Assembly (NCBI GenBank): GCA_043228905.1
Contig: JBHGNT010000124.1
Location: 9,255-73,254 of the forward strand
Length of the DNA stretch: 64,000 nt
DNA from: Azolla caroliniana
Lineage: Eukaryota; Plantae; Polypodiophyta
Direction of reading: 5' to 3'
The notes under the pieces were generated by a model. That model made no database searches and was not told the origin of the DNA. It saw only the letters and a list, made by a program, of their open reading frames with translations. Each line of letters opens with the position of its first letter. The stretch's first letter is position 1. The position numbers and the translations under genes are program-made. Positions 12,164 to 24,800 of this stretch are shown piece by piece.

Positions 12164-14188
12164 ATGGAGAATCAACAAGAGGCAATGAGCATAACGATGA
12201 TGATGATGTTCGAGCGGATGCTACAAGAACAACGAGTGATGTCGGAGATCACGGGGGCAGTAAAGCGGCTCGTACAACAAAACGGACAATTCAACGGAAA
12301 CGATGTGTCACGCTATCTACGTGACTACAAGGCGGAGATGATACGATGTGGGATACCGGAAGGATTGCAAGTGACATCCTTCAATCGGGTGGCCACGGAT
12401 GAGCTACAAGAGAGAATCCACAAGATACGGCAACAAAACTCGACATGGGGGTCATTCGAAGAAGCTTTACGAGAGGCATATGATTACAAGAGATCGAAGG
12501 GACAAGATCGGCGAGAATTCGACGAATGGGTGGCATCGAAGAAGACCCACCGAAGTGCAACACAAGCATTCCTAGAGTTCGAGCATCGTTTTGCTCGACT
12601 CTCGAAGCGGGAACAACGATTGGTGGGAGAGGATAAAGTCCTAATGTTCGTAAAATCGATCGATCGAAAAGAAAGGATGGACATTCGGATCGAACTCGAA
12701 GATGATGACGGTGCGAACGGCCTTACCGAGGATTGGGCCAAAGTCGAAAGGGTATGCCGAAGACATGATGAAAGGAAGCTGAGAATCTCGTCAACAACGA
12801 CATGGCCCATGAAGGATGGTCGATTGAGGAAAAACGATGAAGCCAATATGAAGGCCGAAATACAACATGATGGTACCACGGGAGAAAGAGTGGAACAAGA
12901 CACCCACTCGTCTTGTGAAAGAACGATGGCGAAGGATAAGGCCGATAATGCAAGTGTAGAAGGAAATTTCGGGATACAAGTGCCCGAGACATCGGGTCAA
13001 AAAGGGGTAAGCATAATAGATGTTTGCATAATTGATGCAGATAAAGAGTGTGAAGCGGATGTGATTAAGGAGGTAGCCACAAAAGACGAAATCGAATCGG
13101 AGGTGGCTATGGACGAATCAATGGCGGATTGCCATATCGAGACTTCCCCACCACTGATTCCAAAGACTCCTGCGGTTGCGATCGAAAGGCAACGTGAGAC
13201 CGAAGAGACGGAAGGTGGCGGAGAGAAAACGAATGTCGAAGCCGACGAATACGATGAAGAGATAGCCGAGAAGAATGCTAAGGGTGAAACTACGAAAGAA
13301 GGTAATACCGAGGATTCATGCCAACAATATCTAGAGACTTCGGCGGTTGTGTCCGAGAACCAACGTGAGACCGGAGAGACGGGAGATGGCGGCGAGGAAG
13401 GTAAAGTCGAAAGTCGGTTCGGATGGAAAATGATCCATCCGAAATTCCAATCTAAAAGAAAGTGCGACAATGCGGAGGTCGGGTCTACGACGGGAGAAGC
13501 GCGTAATACAGAGCACGCTCTACGGCGAATAAAGAAACGTGTGTTATGGCGAATAAAGAAGCACGCGCTACGGCGAGAAAAGAAGCATGCATTACAACCA
13601 CACGAGGACCGAACAACGAGCACATATCGGAGGACCTACGTGGCGAACAACGGAAAGAAGTGCCGAAAGTCGAACCGGACAAGGCAGGTGAAAACGAAGA
13701 AAAGAAAGCAAATCCGGACGAAAAGAAAAGAAAAGAAACCGACCCGAAAGAGCACTGAATCGGTAAAAACCGATCAACCGAGTCCGGATCGACCGAATAC
13801 AAATCGGAAAGGAAGCCGAACTAAACGAAAGACGATCCGACGAGACCGAATCGGAAGTAAGCTAATCCGACTAAACCGAAAATCCGAAAAGAAGTCGAGA
13901 TTGATGAAGAAAAGAAAGAGGGCAAGAAAAGATACTACCGCGGATGACAAGGACCAAGCGGGCCATGCAAAAAGCGAACGAAGACTATGGTGGATCGGAT
14001 GTCGACAATGGTTCGAGTGGAAAGAATGGATGTGCTCCAAATGGAGAGACAAAGTCAACATAACAAGAGAAGTCGAGGGTACTACGAGCCGGCAACGAAA
14101 CCAATCGGGTAGAGACCGGACGGAGGAGACTAACAAACACCAACAACTTCGGCACATACCGGAGGATGTGCGGGTTTGGAGGGGGTGA
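12164..14188 (+). CDS. Gag capsid-like N-terminus fused to long acidic then basic low-complexity tail (674 aa)
   Basis: First ~200 aa align with the gag at 16241 (FNGNDVSRYLRDY vs FEGINLTRFLKIY; GLTEDW in both). Frame is open from just after the PBS to the PPT. Confidence 0.8.
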   Translation: MENQQEAMSITMMMMFERMLQEQRVMSEITGAVKRLVQQNGQFNGNDVSRYLRDYKAEMIRCGIPEGLQVTSFNRVATDELQERIHKIRQQNSTWGSFEEALREAYDYKRSKGQDRREFDEWVASKKTHRSATQAFLEFEHRFARLSKREQRLVGEDKVLMFVKSIDRKERMDIRIELEDDDGANGLTEDWAKVERVCRRHDERKLRISSTTTWPMKDGRLRKNDEANMKAEIQHDGTTGERVEQDTHSSCERTMAKDKADNASVEGNFGIQVPETSGQKGVSIIDVCIIDADKECEADVIKEVATKDEIESEVAMDESMADCHIETSPPLIPKTPAVAIERQRETEETEGGGEKTNVEADEYDEEIAEKNAKGETTKEGNTEDSCQQYLETSAVVSENQRETGETGDGGEEGKVESRFGWKMIHPKFQSKRKCDNAEVGSTTGEARNTEHALRRIKKRVLWRIKKHALRREKKHALQPHEDRTTSTYRRTYVANNGKKCRKSNRTRQVKTKKRKQIRTKRKEKKPTRKSTESVKTDQPSPDRPNTNRKGSRTKRKTIRRDRIGSKLIRLNRKSEKKSRLMKKRKRARKDTTADDKDQAGHAKSERRLWWIGCRQWFEWKEWMCSKWRDKVNITREVEGTTSRQRNQSGRDRTEETNKHQQLRHIPEDVRVWRG

Positions 14189-15354
14189 GTGTCGTAGTGT
14201 ATTTTGTACACTACGTGAAAAACGTATATAGTATTAGATTCAATAAAAAATGAAGAAATAGAAGAAAATAGCAAAATAAATGGAACATGTATAGGGCAAG
14301 ATTCGAACCTTGCACCTCCATGTTAATAATGTAATGTCTTACCATTACACTAGCATTTCATTAGTGTTAAAGCATAGATGTCCCACATAGAAAGGTAAAT
14401 TCACGCTAGGATAAACATTAGAAAAACGCATAACAAAAGAAAAAGCTACACATACACATCTAGCGTGCATGATAAAAAACGCACAAGTTAGAAAAAGCAT
14501 GATCACTTTAGATAAAGCATATAGTCTATCTATAGGAAAAGCATGGGGTCTATAGTTAGAGAAAAAGCATGGATTACTAAGACTTCCTCATCACTACATA
14601 AGGATGGGAAGCACAATGTAATTGTGTGTGAAAAATATTTGGAAACTGGATATGTTTCTAAAAAACACCAATTAATAAACTATACTCGTGGGATTCACGA
14701 GAATTCTATATCATTCTCTTTCAACCGAAGTTTATATTCTTATATTCATATTGATTAATCTAATACAATACACTCGTGGGATTCACGAGTTTGCTATAAC
14801 TCTTTCTTACAACATATTTATATTCTTATTAGCCTTAAAACTCTCCTCTTCCTAGTCCAAAACCCCAGCGGTTCCCACCCGACTCACGCAACGATCCGAA
14901 GCCGAAAGGCACGACAGCGTATACTACGTATACTGCGTAAGCTCAAGCTCTCCATTAAACCTGAGTTTTCTTCCTTCTGTTCGGTCTTCATACTTGCTTC
15001 CGCACGTTACTTTTTACATGGTATCAGAGCGCAAGGGTTGAGAACCTCTCTGCAGCCGACACAGCTTGACGAAGAAGAACAAGAACAATGGATAGAGGCA
15101 TGGCGAGCTCGCTTCCAACAGAGAAGCTCGACAGAACCAACTACGCGTCTTGGTCTTACAAGATGCACCAGTACCTGCTCGGGCACGACTATTGGAGTTA
15201 TGTCAAAGGAGCTAATGACGCGGCACCCGAATCGACACATAGAGACTTCCCGTCATGGGAGCAATCGGTGAGCAGGGTATTATACTGCTTCGCGTTGTCG
15301 TGAAGAATGTGCTTCACGATATAAAAATGAGCTTAAATGTTGTATTTAATAATA

Positions 15355-15558
15355 TTTGAGAGACTTGAACCCACATCCTTATATACGATGTACAATGTAC
15401 ATACCACTAGGCTAAGCTATTTATTTGTAAAAGTGTGTAATAAATGTGCTTCATGATATAAGAATGAAGCTATATATTGTATTAAGTAAAATTGAGGAAC
15501 TTGAACCCTCAACCTTGTATACCAAGCACCAAGCATACACCACTAAGCTAGGTTAGTT
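15355..15558 (-). promoter_or_regulatory. Two tandem tRNA-like Pol III modules in LTR U3 (one copy retained at ~21917-21979)
   Basis: A boxes TAGCCTAGTGG (15414-15404) and TAGCTTAGTGG (15550-15540); B boxes GGTTCAAGTCT (15371-15361) and GGTTCAAGTTC (15507-15497); both 32-nt spacing; T-arm GAGGG-TTCAAGT-TCCTC. Confidence 0.72.
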
Positions 15559-16240
15559 ATTTTAGAATGCATTTTCATCATTATAATTATCTCATATCTA
15601 TTTTCATACATAGCCATCATTCATCACATGCAATGCATGTGCGCCAAATGGCGATCATGCATTACATGTAACTCATGCATTGCATGCATGCCATGCTCCC
15701 ATACATTACCATATGCATGGCAACACTTATATAAAGAGGGGAAAGGGAAAACAAGGAGGGGAATCAAGAGAAAGTTAGAGAAATAAGATAATCACAAAAA
15801 CAAACAAGTTAGCTTGTTGGTGAAGAGGCTCGTGTTTCCAAGTTGGAGTCAAGAGTTCGAATCAAGGGTCGGTAGAGAATGTGTTCAGTTTGCGATCAAG
15901 GATTGTAAAGTTGGTAAAATATTGTCTTTTTAATATACATCATGTTTATATCAAATACTCTTGCTTCTTGATTCATACTTTGTCTCAATCTTCTTTCTTG
16001 AAGCATACATTGTCTCTATCTTTTATCTATGCTCATCTCTCTCTCTCACACACACACACACACATTACTCGTAACTCTTCTTCTTGCTATCCTTAACCAC
16101 TCTATCATCACCATACAAGCCTTATTAAAAGTTAAGTTTCTTCAACTCCCCTTAACCTTAGTCCCCGCGACTTTGCCGTACGAACCACAACTACCCCGAC
16201 ACATTTGGTGAACCCAACGTGAAGGCGGCGACGAGGAGAA

Positions 16241-19200
16241 ATGGAGGAGCAAATGAGGCTTATGTGTACAATGATGGAACGAGTGATGCGGGAACAAGGG
16301 ATGATGGCAAGCATCGACAAAGCCGTCGACAATATTCTCGCACGAGTAGGAATCTTCGAAGGTATAAATTTAACAAGATTTCTGAAGATTTATAATGAAG
16401 AAATGCTTAAACGCGGTGTCGACGAAGCTACAAAAATTAATAGCTTTAGTCGAGTCGCTGCGATTGGGCTACAAGAGAGGATCCAAGATCTTCAAAGGGA
16501 GAATCAGACATGGACAACATTCGAAAGGGCATTACTCAATGAATACAACCTCAACGATATGTCAAGGATGACAAGGCGAGCTTTCATGGATTGGGTAGAG
16601 TCTAATAAACATTTAAGTGTTTTGGAAGTATTAAAAGAGTTTTCTGAAAGATTTGAGCAACTAAATGTTAGAGATAGAAATATAATAGTGCCAGATAAAG
16701 TAATATTGTTTCTACAAGCTACTAATATTAAAGACAGGAAGGACTTGGGAATGCTTTTAGAAGATCAGAATAGTCCAAGTGGACTTACCGAAGATTGGGA
16801 GGAGGTGAAAAGGGCGTGCGCCCATTTCTGCAAAAGAAAGTTATGGTTTATGGAGTTGCCCGACAGAAATGATGAAGAAACGGGGAACGAGTCGGGAGAA
16901 AAGAAAGTAGAAGAATCACTCTTACACGAATTAGTGAAAGGCATGAAAGACTTGTCGATCAAAGTGACGAAGCTAGAATCGGGACAAAGCTCGACTTCAT
17001 CAAGGCAGGGAGGTGGAATGGTTCGAAGGTGTATGTGGTGTGATAGTATCGACCACCAGAAGAAAGATTGTCAAGAGCATAGGGATGCTCTTAATCATAA
17101 TAAAATCTACTATCAAGATGGCAAGATTCACTCAACTGAGACTCGACAACCACTTCAACTCAACTTCGGGTGAGGAGGAATGAAAAGGCTAATGGAAGAT
17201 GCCGAGAGAGAAACGACTCAAGCGATACAATCCGTGGCAACCTTAGGATTGTGCGTAGAAGACTCATATGGTGGATCTGGCTTTTGGCAAGATGTGATGG
17301 ATTATGCAAGAAAAGGGAAGGTTCGAGTGGATGAATTAAAAAGAGCGGGAGATGAAATACGAAACTTCACTGGATGGAATGATCCAGTAGACGCGCTATC
17401 AGCATTCGCCCAAGTGAGTGCACAAGATGTGCTAGTGGAAGAGAAGCGGAAGAGAGCTGAGGAAGCTGATCCGACAAAGAGACATGAGACACGAGAACAA
17501 AAGAGAAGGGAGATGGAAAAGGGTGCTATTGAGCCGAAGGAAGCTGATAAAGTAAAAGGAAAGACAGGCCCATCTTTCAAGCTTGCCTCAGACATAGAAA
17601 CAACGACGGATATAAAAAAGGTACTAGAAACAAGAATATTAAATAGTAAGGTAGAATTTACTTTAAGAGAAGTGTTGGGTATAGCAAAGAAAGAATTTCA
17701 TGAAGTTATCATAGATATTATTAGAAGGAAGAGACAGGTGACGGAGGAAATTACGGGAGGGTGTGCAGCAACACTCCAAGATTTGTATGGTGGCACCATC
17801 AATGCTGCAAGTGTAAAAAACCAGAATGATGTTGGCGTCCATGAAGGGGATAGGAGTCACTATACAAGGGACCATTGGGCTTGAGCAACAACGGAGGCAC
17901 CTGCAAAAATTGGGGAGCAGCAAATTCCATGTATTGCTTTGATCGATCATGGATCAGAGATTAACATGATGTCATCGGAATTTTACGCTCGAGGACGATG
18001 GCCGATCGATAAGAATCATGGGTGGAAAATAAGAGTTGCCACAGAAACTATGGAGGATCTATTCGGAGCATGTCCTAGTGTGAAGGTAACAATTGGTGAT
18101 GTCTCGGTGAATCAAAATTTCTTTGTGCAGGATCGATCAACCTACCCCATCATCCTTGGCCAGCCCTACATCACCGCAGTGAGGATGGAAACAAAGGTTA
18201 TTGATGATGGTTCGGCTTTCGCGAGAATCAAGAGTCAAGATGGAAGAAAGACTGTCCAATTCTTAACCGTGAGGCCCAACCATGAAAGAAACAAAGAATG
18301 CTTGAGGGAACATCCAATTCAAGAGATGGATGTAGAGTTTTCCCAGGATTTTTAGATAGGGCTTTTACAGGTAGGGGCTGTGATAGCCCGAGCATAAAAG
18401 AAAACCCCATAAATAATAATGTAAATAAAGATATTCCTTGTACAATCTCATCTAATGGTGCTACTTTTATACTAAATGTAAATAATAATAAAATACAAAA
18501 TGCTTTCGAGTACTTTAAGTGTTCTGGATTAATAGATGATGATGAAGAAATTCAGGATATGTTTGAAGAATTAAGTTTTGAAGATACAATAACTCATTTG
18601 GAAGCAATGGAAGAAGACAACGAAATCCAAGTTCCTGTCCATTCAATCAAGATGTATGAGGTCATTGAAGAAGTTGCTCGAAAGGATCATGAAGCACATG
18701 TACCAACAAAGTACAAGACAGTGGAGAAGAAGGTTCGTCCTATTGCTGCTCCACTTCCAGGGGATAGTGAAAAGGCAATCAAAGAAGCAGCCACAGAGCC
18801 AATGATCAGAGACCCACGAAAGGTAGGACATGTGTTTACTCCGGAAACAATACAAGGGATGAAAATAGGAGGGGGTGACTTCCTATTACCCGCTGAAGAA
18901 AAGCAGTTCAGGGAGATGTTAAAAAGGCATGGAAAGGCGTTCGCATTCCAACCGGAGGAAATAGGGTGTGTGGATCCAGAAATTGTGGAGCCCATGGTTA
19001 TATTCACTATCCCTCATATTCCATGGAACTTTAAGCCAATACCCATGCCTAGGGCTAGAATCCCTCAACTATTAGAACTTTTGAAAGAAAAGATAAGGAT
19101 GGGTATCTTGGAACCATCAAACGCTCCTTACTCGAGTCGATGGTTCACCGTGTTAAAGAAAGATGGGCGACTCCGATTTATCCAAGATATGCAACCCGTG

Positions 19201-21811
19201 AATAAGGTAACAATCCGAAACTCGGGAGTAGGGCCAATTGTGGATGAGTTTGCTGAGATGTTTGCAGGAAGAGCTATATATTCAATGGGAGACCTTTATT
19301 CCGGGTATGATCAATTTCAACTTGCTATCAAAAGTCGAGATATAACTTCTATCAAGACACCTATAGGGTTAGTACGGATGTGCACCTTGCCGCAAGGAGC
19401 GACCAACTCAATGGCGTATATGATGAATGGAATGAACAAGGTACTTCGTGATTTTATTCCTCATATTACAATGCCTTTTCTAGATGATGTTCCAATTAAG
19501 GGATGCAAGGAGGAAGAGAAGAACGAGGAATTGGACGAAAGTGGTTGCCGTCAATTCGTTGCTGATCATATCAAGGATTGTGAGAAGGTGCTATCAAGGA
19601 TGGAAGAAGTGCATTTGACCTTATCAGGGGCGAAGTCAATATTTGGGGCAAAAGAGATATTAATAGTTGGTCATATGTGTGGCCCGTATGGGAGAAAGCC
19701 ATCCCCAACCAAGGTCAATGCAATTCAAAATATGCAAGAGGAATGTACATCCATCTCAGAAGTACGAAGGTTTCTGGGGGTATGTGTTTTTTACTGTAAA
19801 TGGATTCCGCATTATGCCCATTTATCTGAACCTTTATATAGACTCCTAAGAAAAGGAGAGACATTTGAATGGAGTGAAGAGCATTCAGAGGCAATGAAGA
19901 AATTGAAGTACTACTTGGCACAAGCTCCACCATTAAAGCAACCAGACTACACCCGGCCCATATATCTCACAGTAGACTCTAGTCCCATTGGAATTGGATG
20001 GGTGATAAGCCAACAAGATAGGGAAGAAAGGTATCCAGTCCGATTCGGGGCAAAGGTTCTTAGTGGTCGACAAAGAAAATATGCACAGGTGAAGAGAGAG
20101 CTATGGGGGATAGTAACAGCTGTAAAGACAGACAAAGATTACTTAATTGGTGCTGAAGTAATAATAGAAACTGATTGTTTGCCTATTCTGGGTATCATAG
20201 CTAATTGTGATATTCCAGATCAAGCCATGTTAAGATGGTGTATCTATATTAGATCAATCAACCCTGAAGTTCAACATATCTCTGGGAATAGAAATGCAAT
20301 AGCAGATATGTTATCAAGAGGAAGAGGAGATTCCAGACTCGGACGATGAGGACAAAGAACAAACAGTCCTTACCACAAGCATTACTCGGGAAGGAGGAAT
20401 GCAGTTTCTAGAAGAAGAGTATGAAGAAGAATTCAAGGAAATAGGGAAATACCTACAAACCCCTGACAAGTACAAAGGTCGATCTGGAAAAGAGTTCGCA
20501 CAGTTTCGCAAGAAAGCCCATAAGTTCTTCCTACATGAAGGATATCTATGGCGACATCCGAAAACCCGCAAAGAAACCAAGACTGGAAACCCGCAAAGAG
20601 TAATAGGTTCTGAAGGGCAAAGAAAGGAGATAATCAGAGAGTTGCATGACAAAGAATGGGCTGGTCATCGAGGAGTGTGGGCCACTTTCAGTAAGATTAA
20701 AGAATGATTTTGGTGGCCTCGATACTATGAGCAAATAAAAAAGTATGTGGAAACTTGTCCCACTTGTCAATATTATTCAAATGTAAAATTTTGTGATGAA
20801 TTACACCCAACATACTCACCGGGGGTGCATTACAAGTGGATGATAGATTTGGTAACAATGCCACTTGGAGTAGGACAAAAGAGATACTTGGTTCTTGCTA
20901 GAGAAGATCTAACAAATCAAGTGGAAGGTCGTTCATTGCGAACAAAAGGGACATTAGGAGTATGTCAATTCATCTTGGAGGACATTGTTTGTAGATATGG
21001 ATGTATCGGGAAGATAGTGGCAGATAGGGGAGAACTCAATTCTGCGGAAGCTCAAGATTTTTTCGACAAAATAGGAATTCGGCTTTCTTTGACAACAGCG
21101 TACAATCCAGAAGCTAATGGAAAGGTAGAAAGGGGACATGGGCCAATAGTCAAAGCTTTGGCAAAGGCATGTAGAGGACGGGTTAGTGATTGGCCAAAAA
21201 CCTTACCCTATGCACTATGGGCTGATAGGACAACTCACAACACTGTTACTGGATATATGCCTGCAGAATTAATCACAGGACAGAAGCCAATAATGCCAAT
21301 TGAAGAAAAGATAACTACATGGGTTGTGTTGCCTTGGGAATCGGAAATGAGTAGGGAAGATTTACTTGCAGTTCGAATACGACAACTTCAATCAAGGATA
21401 GAAGACATAGAAAAAGCAGCTACTAGATTGAAAGAGGCAAGAATCAAGAATAAGGACAGATTTGACAAGATGAAAAGAATACGACCAAGAAAGGTGCAAG
21501 AGGGAGATTGGGTATTAGTATATGATAATAGCCTAGATAATCAATACAGTACTATTCGGAAGTTTGCAAAAAGATGGTTTGGACCTTATGAAGTTAGGAA
21601 AATAACAAATAAAGCCACATATTTCCTCAATGAATTAGATGGGACAGAAATTCGTATCCCAATTGCAGGAAAAAGGATTAAAATATTTAAAAGGAGGGAG
21701 TCATTAGAGCCTCAATTTTATGAAGAAGTAGAAGAACTAAAAGAATCGGAAGAAGTGTTGGATGAACTCTGCACAACCAATGTGCAAGTTCAGAGGGGGT
21801 GGGTGTCGTGA
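16241..21811 (+). pseudogene. Gypsy gag-protease and RT-RNase H-integrase, lightly disrupted
   Basis: Gag with CMWCDSIDHQKKDC knuckle, protease IDHGSEIN, RT (DLYSGYDQ, LPQGATNS, FLDD), RNase H (VDSSPIGIG, ETDC), integrase (H...GHRG...CPTC; DRGE; YNPEANGKVER; GPY). TGA stops at 17171, 17882, 20705 and a frameshift near 20330. No chromodomain. Confidence 0.93.
18346..18410 (+). promoter_or_regulatory. Probable programmed -1 ribosomal frameshift signal (slippery site plus pseudoknot)
   Basis: G GAT TTT at 18346-18352 just before the TAG of the protease frame, 6-nt spacer, stem 18359-18370/18378-18389 (11 of 12 pairs), loop GGGG complementary to CCCC 18405-18408. Pol continues in the -1 frame. 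Confidence 0.8.
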
Positions 21812-24800
21812 AGAATGTGCTTCACGATATAAAAATGAGCTTAAATGTTGTAAAAGTGTGTAATAAATGTGCTTCATGATATAAGAATGAAGCTATATAT
21901 TGTATTAAGTAAAATTGAGGAACTTGAACCCTCAACCTTGTATACCAAGCACCAAGCATACACCACTAAGCTAGGTTAGTTATTTTAGAATGCATTTTCA
22001 TCATTATAATTATCTCATATCTATTTTCATACATAGCCATCATTCATCACATGCAATGCATGTGCGCCAAATGGCGATCATGCATTACATGTAACTCATG
22101 CATTGCATGCATGCCATGCTCCCATACATTACCATATGCATGGCAACACTTATATAAAGAGGGGAAAGGGAAAACAAGGAGGGGAATCAAGAGAAAGTTA
22201 GAGAAATAAGATAATCACAAAAACAAACAAGTTAGCTTGTTGGTGAAGAGGCTCGTGTTTCCAAGTTGGAGTCAAGAGTTCGAATCAAGGGTCGGTAGAG
22301 AATGTGTTCAGTTTGCGATCAAGGATTGTAAAGTTGGTAAAATATTGTCTTTTTAATATACATCATGTTTATATCAAATACTCTTGCTTCTTGATTCATA
22401 CTTTGTCTCAATCTTCCTTATTAAATCATACTTTGTCTCAATCTTCTTTCTTGAAGCATACATTGTCTCTATCTTTTATCTATGCTCATCTCTCTCTCTC
22501 GCACACACACACACATTACTCGTAACTCTTCTTCTTGCTATCCTTAACCACTCTATCATCACCATACAAGCCTTATTAAAAGTTAAGTTTCTTCAACTCC
22601 CCTTAACCTTAGTCCCCGCGACTTTGCCGCACGAACCACAACTACCCCGACAGCGTCGTGTGTGGGCGAACAACTATTGAGCTATGTTCGGGATGCAATG
22701 ACGCCGAATGGTGTGTGGGAAAATCTGAAGAAGATCTTCGCCGCGAGCACCACAGCCAAGAAGCTTCAGCTCCGACAGGAGTTGAGCAACCTACGACAAC
22801 GCGACTCGTCGGTGGCGGACTATACCTCGAAGATCAAGGATATTTGCGACTCCCTCGCCTCCATAAAGGTGAACATCGAGGAGAGTGAGATGGTCCAGAT
22901 CTGTCTCGGAGGTTTGGCGTCGAAGTTCGGAGCGTTCCGGACGGCTGTGTGTACCCGGGAGAATACGCCGTCCTTTTTCGACTTACAGTCAATGCTCCTG
23001 GTAGAGGAGAACCACGCGGGTGCGTCTACAAGCACGCACACCAACAGCAGAATGTTGTACACGGAGGGAGATAGGCCCCGTGGACGTGGAGGACGAGGCG
23101 AGTCGGCACGCAATGGAGGCGGCCGACGAGATCAAGGAAGAAGGCACCGAAGTGATGCCGACAGCAACTCCGGACCCTCCGGAAACAGGGGGAGTCGAAG
23201 CGATGAGAATCGGCAAGGGAAGGCCATCGCGGAGTGCTGGTACTGTGGCAAGAAAGGCCACAGGGAAAGTGAGTGCTAGAAGAAGCGCGCCGATTCAGAG
23301 AGAACCAGTTCCGGAAACGGCTCTGGACATACCGACAAGGGAAATCGGCAGCGATCACACTACGCCGAAGACTCCGAGAGAGCCAGAGAAGGGTCTGCCT
23401 TCGTGACGAGACACAAAGCAAAGTCAATGAAACGGATCACCCCGAGATTGGACGAGGTGTGGTACGTAGACTCCGGCGCGTCAAACCACATGACGAGCCA
23501 TAAGGAGTGGTTCTCGTACCTTGAAAAACCGATACAACCTGGAGTAGTCGCAACTAGAGACGACACTCCGCATCCGATCGCGAATGTCGGAGAAGTTCCC
23601 CTTAGCCATGTCGGGCAGAAAGGGAAACTCATGAACGTGCTGCACGTTCCGACAATCACGAAGAGCTTGGTCTCGGTCGGACAGATCGTCGACCAAGGGA
23701 TGGAGGTTCGGTTTACACACCTCGGGTGCTTCATTGAGGAAGAAGGCCGTGTGATTGCGCAAGGGCACAGAGATGGGAGGATGTTCATCCTCGACTCCAC
23801 TGACGGCGGCACCGCAATGTTCGCGAAGGGAAGAAAACCGAGTCGGACATCGACTTGTGGCACAAGCGGATAGGCCACGTCAACTACCAGCGGCTTCAAG
23901 ATCTCCAATCGAAACAGGTAGTGTTCGGATTGCCCAAATTTAGTGGCCGAAAGGCACAAATTTGTGAAGCCTGCCAGCTCGGGAAGCAACACCGACTTCC
24001 TTTCCCCAACGAGCTAAACCGGAGCCGGAATAAGCTCGACCTTATACACTCCGATGTATGGGGGCTGGCACAAAACGTTAGTCTTGGCGGGAGCCGATAT
24101 TTCATCTCATTCATCGACGACCACACGCAGCACACGTGGATCTACCTCATTGAGAGGAAGAGTGAAGTCTTCGACTATTTCCGGGACCTCAAAGGGTTCG
24201 TGGAAACGGAAACGGGACGGAAGATCAAGTGCCTGCGGTCGGATGGCGGAAAAGAGTACTTTTCTGGTCAATTCAACGGTTATCTACAACAAATGGGAAT
24301 TCGGCGCGAATTCAGTTGTAGATACACGCCAGAGCAGAACGGCGTGGCCGAGAGGAAGAATCGGTCAGTTGTGGAAGCGGCACGGGCAATGTTGGAGGAG
24401 AAGAGTTTGCCCAAGTTCTACTGGGCTGAGGCGGTAAGGACCGCGGTATACATCCAGAACTGGATCGGAGACAAAGTGTCGGCGCACGAGCTGTATTTCG
24501 GAACGAAGCCGAACTTGCGACACTTGAGGGTGTTCGGTAGCATTGCGTATGTGCATGTACCGAAGGAGAAAAGGAGGAAGCTGGACGCAAAGGCCGAGAA
24601 ATGCATCTTGGTCGGTTACTCGGACGAGTAGAAGGGTTATAAGTGCTATAACCCTCGCACAACAAGCGTGTGTTAGCCGCGACGTTGTGTTTGACGAGTC
24701 CGCGTCCTAGTACCAGCCCCCGACTCCGAACCCCAACTCCAATCCGAGCTCTGACGATGAGGTCGGCGAGGCCGAGATGCCTCCGGATGAGCCCGAAATC

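Larger units (their letters stand above)
11399..14916 (+). mobile_element. Non-autonomous gag-only LTR element (3518 bp), very recent
   Basis: 727-bp LTRs 11399-12125 and 14190-14916 with no difference seen by eye, TSD GCGT, tRNA-Trp PBS 12130-12147, PPT GGAGGGGG near 14178-14185, one internal ORF and no pol. Confidence 0.96.
15296..22652 (+). mobile_element. Full-length non-chromovirus Ty3/Gypsy element, tRNA-Trp primed
   Basis: LTRs 15296-16201 (906 bp) and 21804-22652 (849 bp), TGTCG...CGACA ends, TSD GCGT (15292-15295 and 22653-22656), PBS TGGTGAACCCAACGTGAA 16206-16223, PPT near 21792-21803. Confidence 0.97.

Noticed and set aside
11500-15558. tRNA-like modules as genuine tRNA genes
   Set aside because: Acceptor stems do not pair and anticodon loops are non-canonical or inconsistent between copies; recorded as tRNA-derived modules instead.
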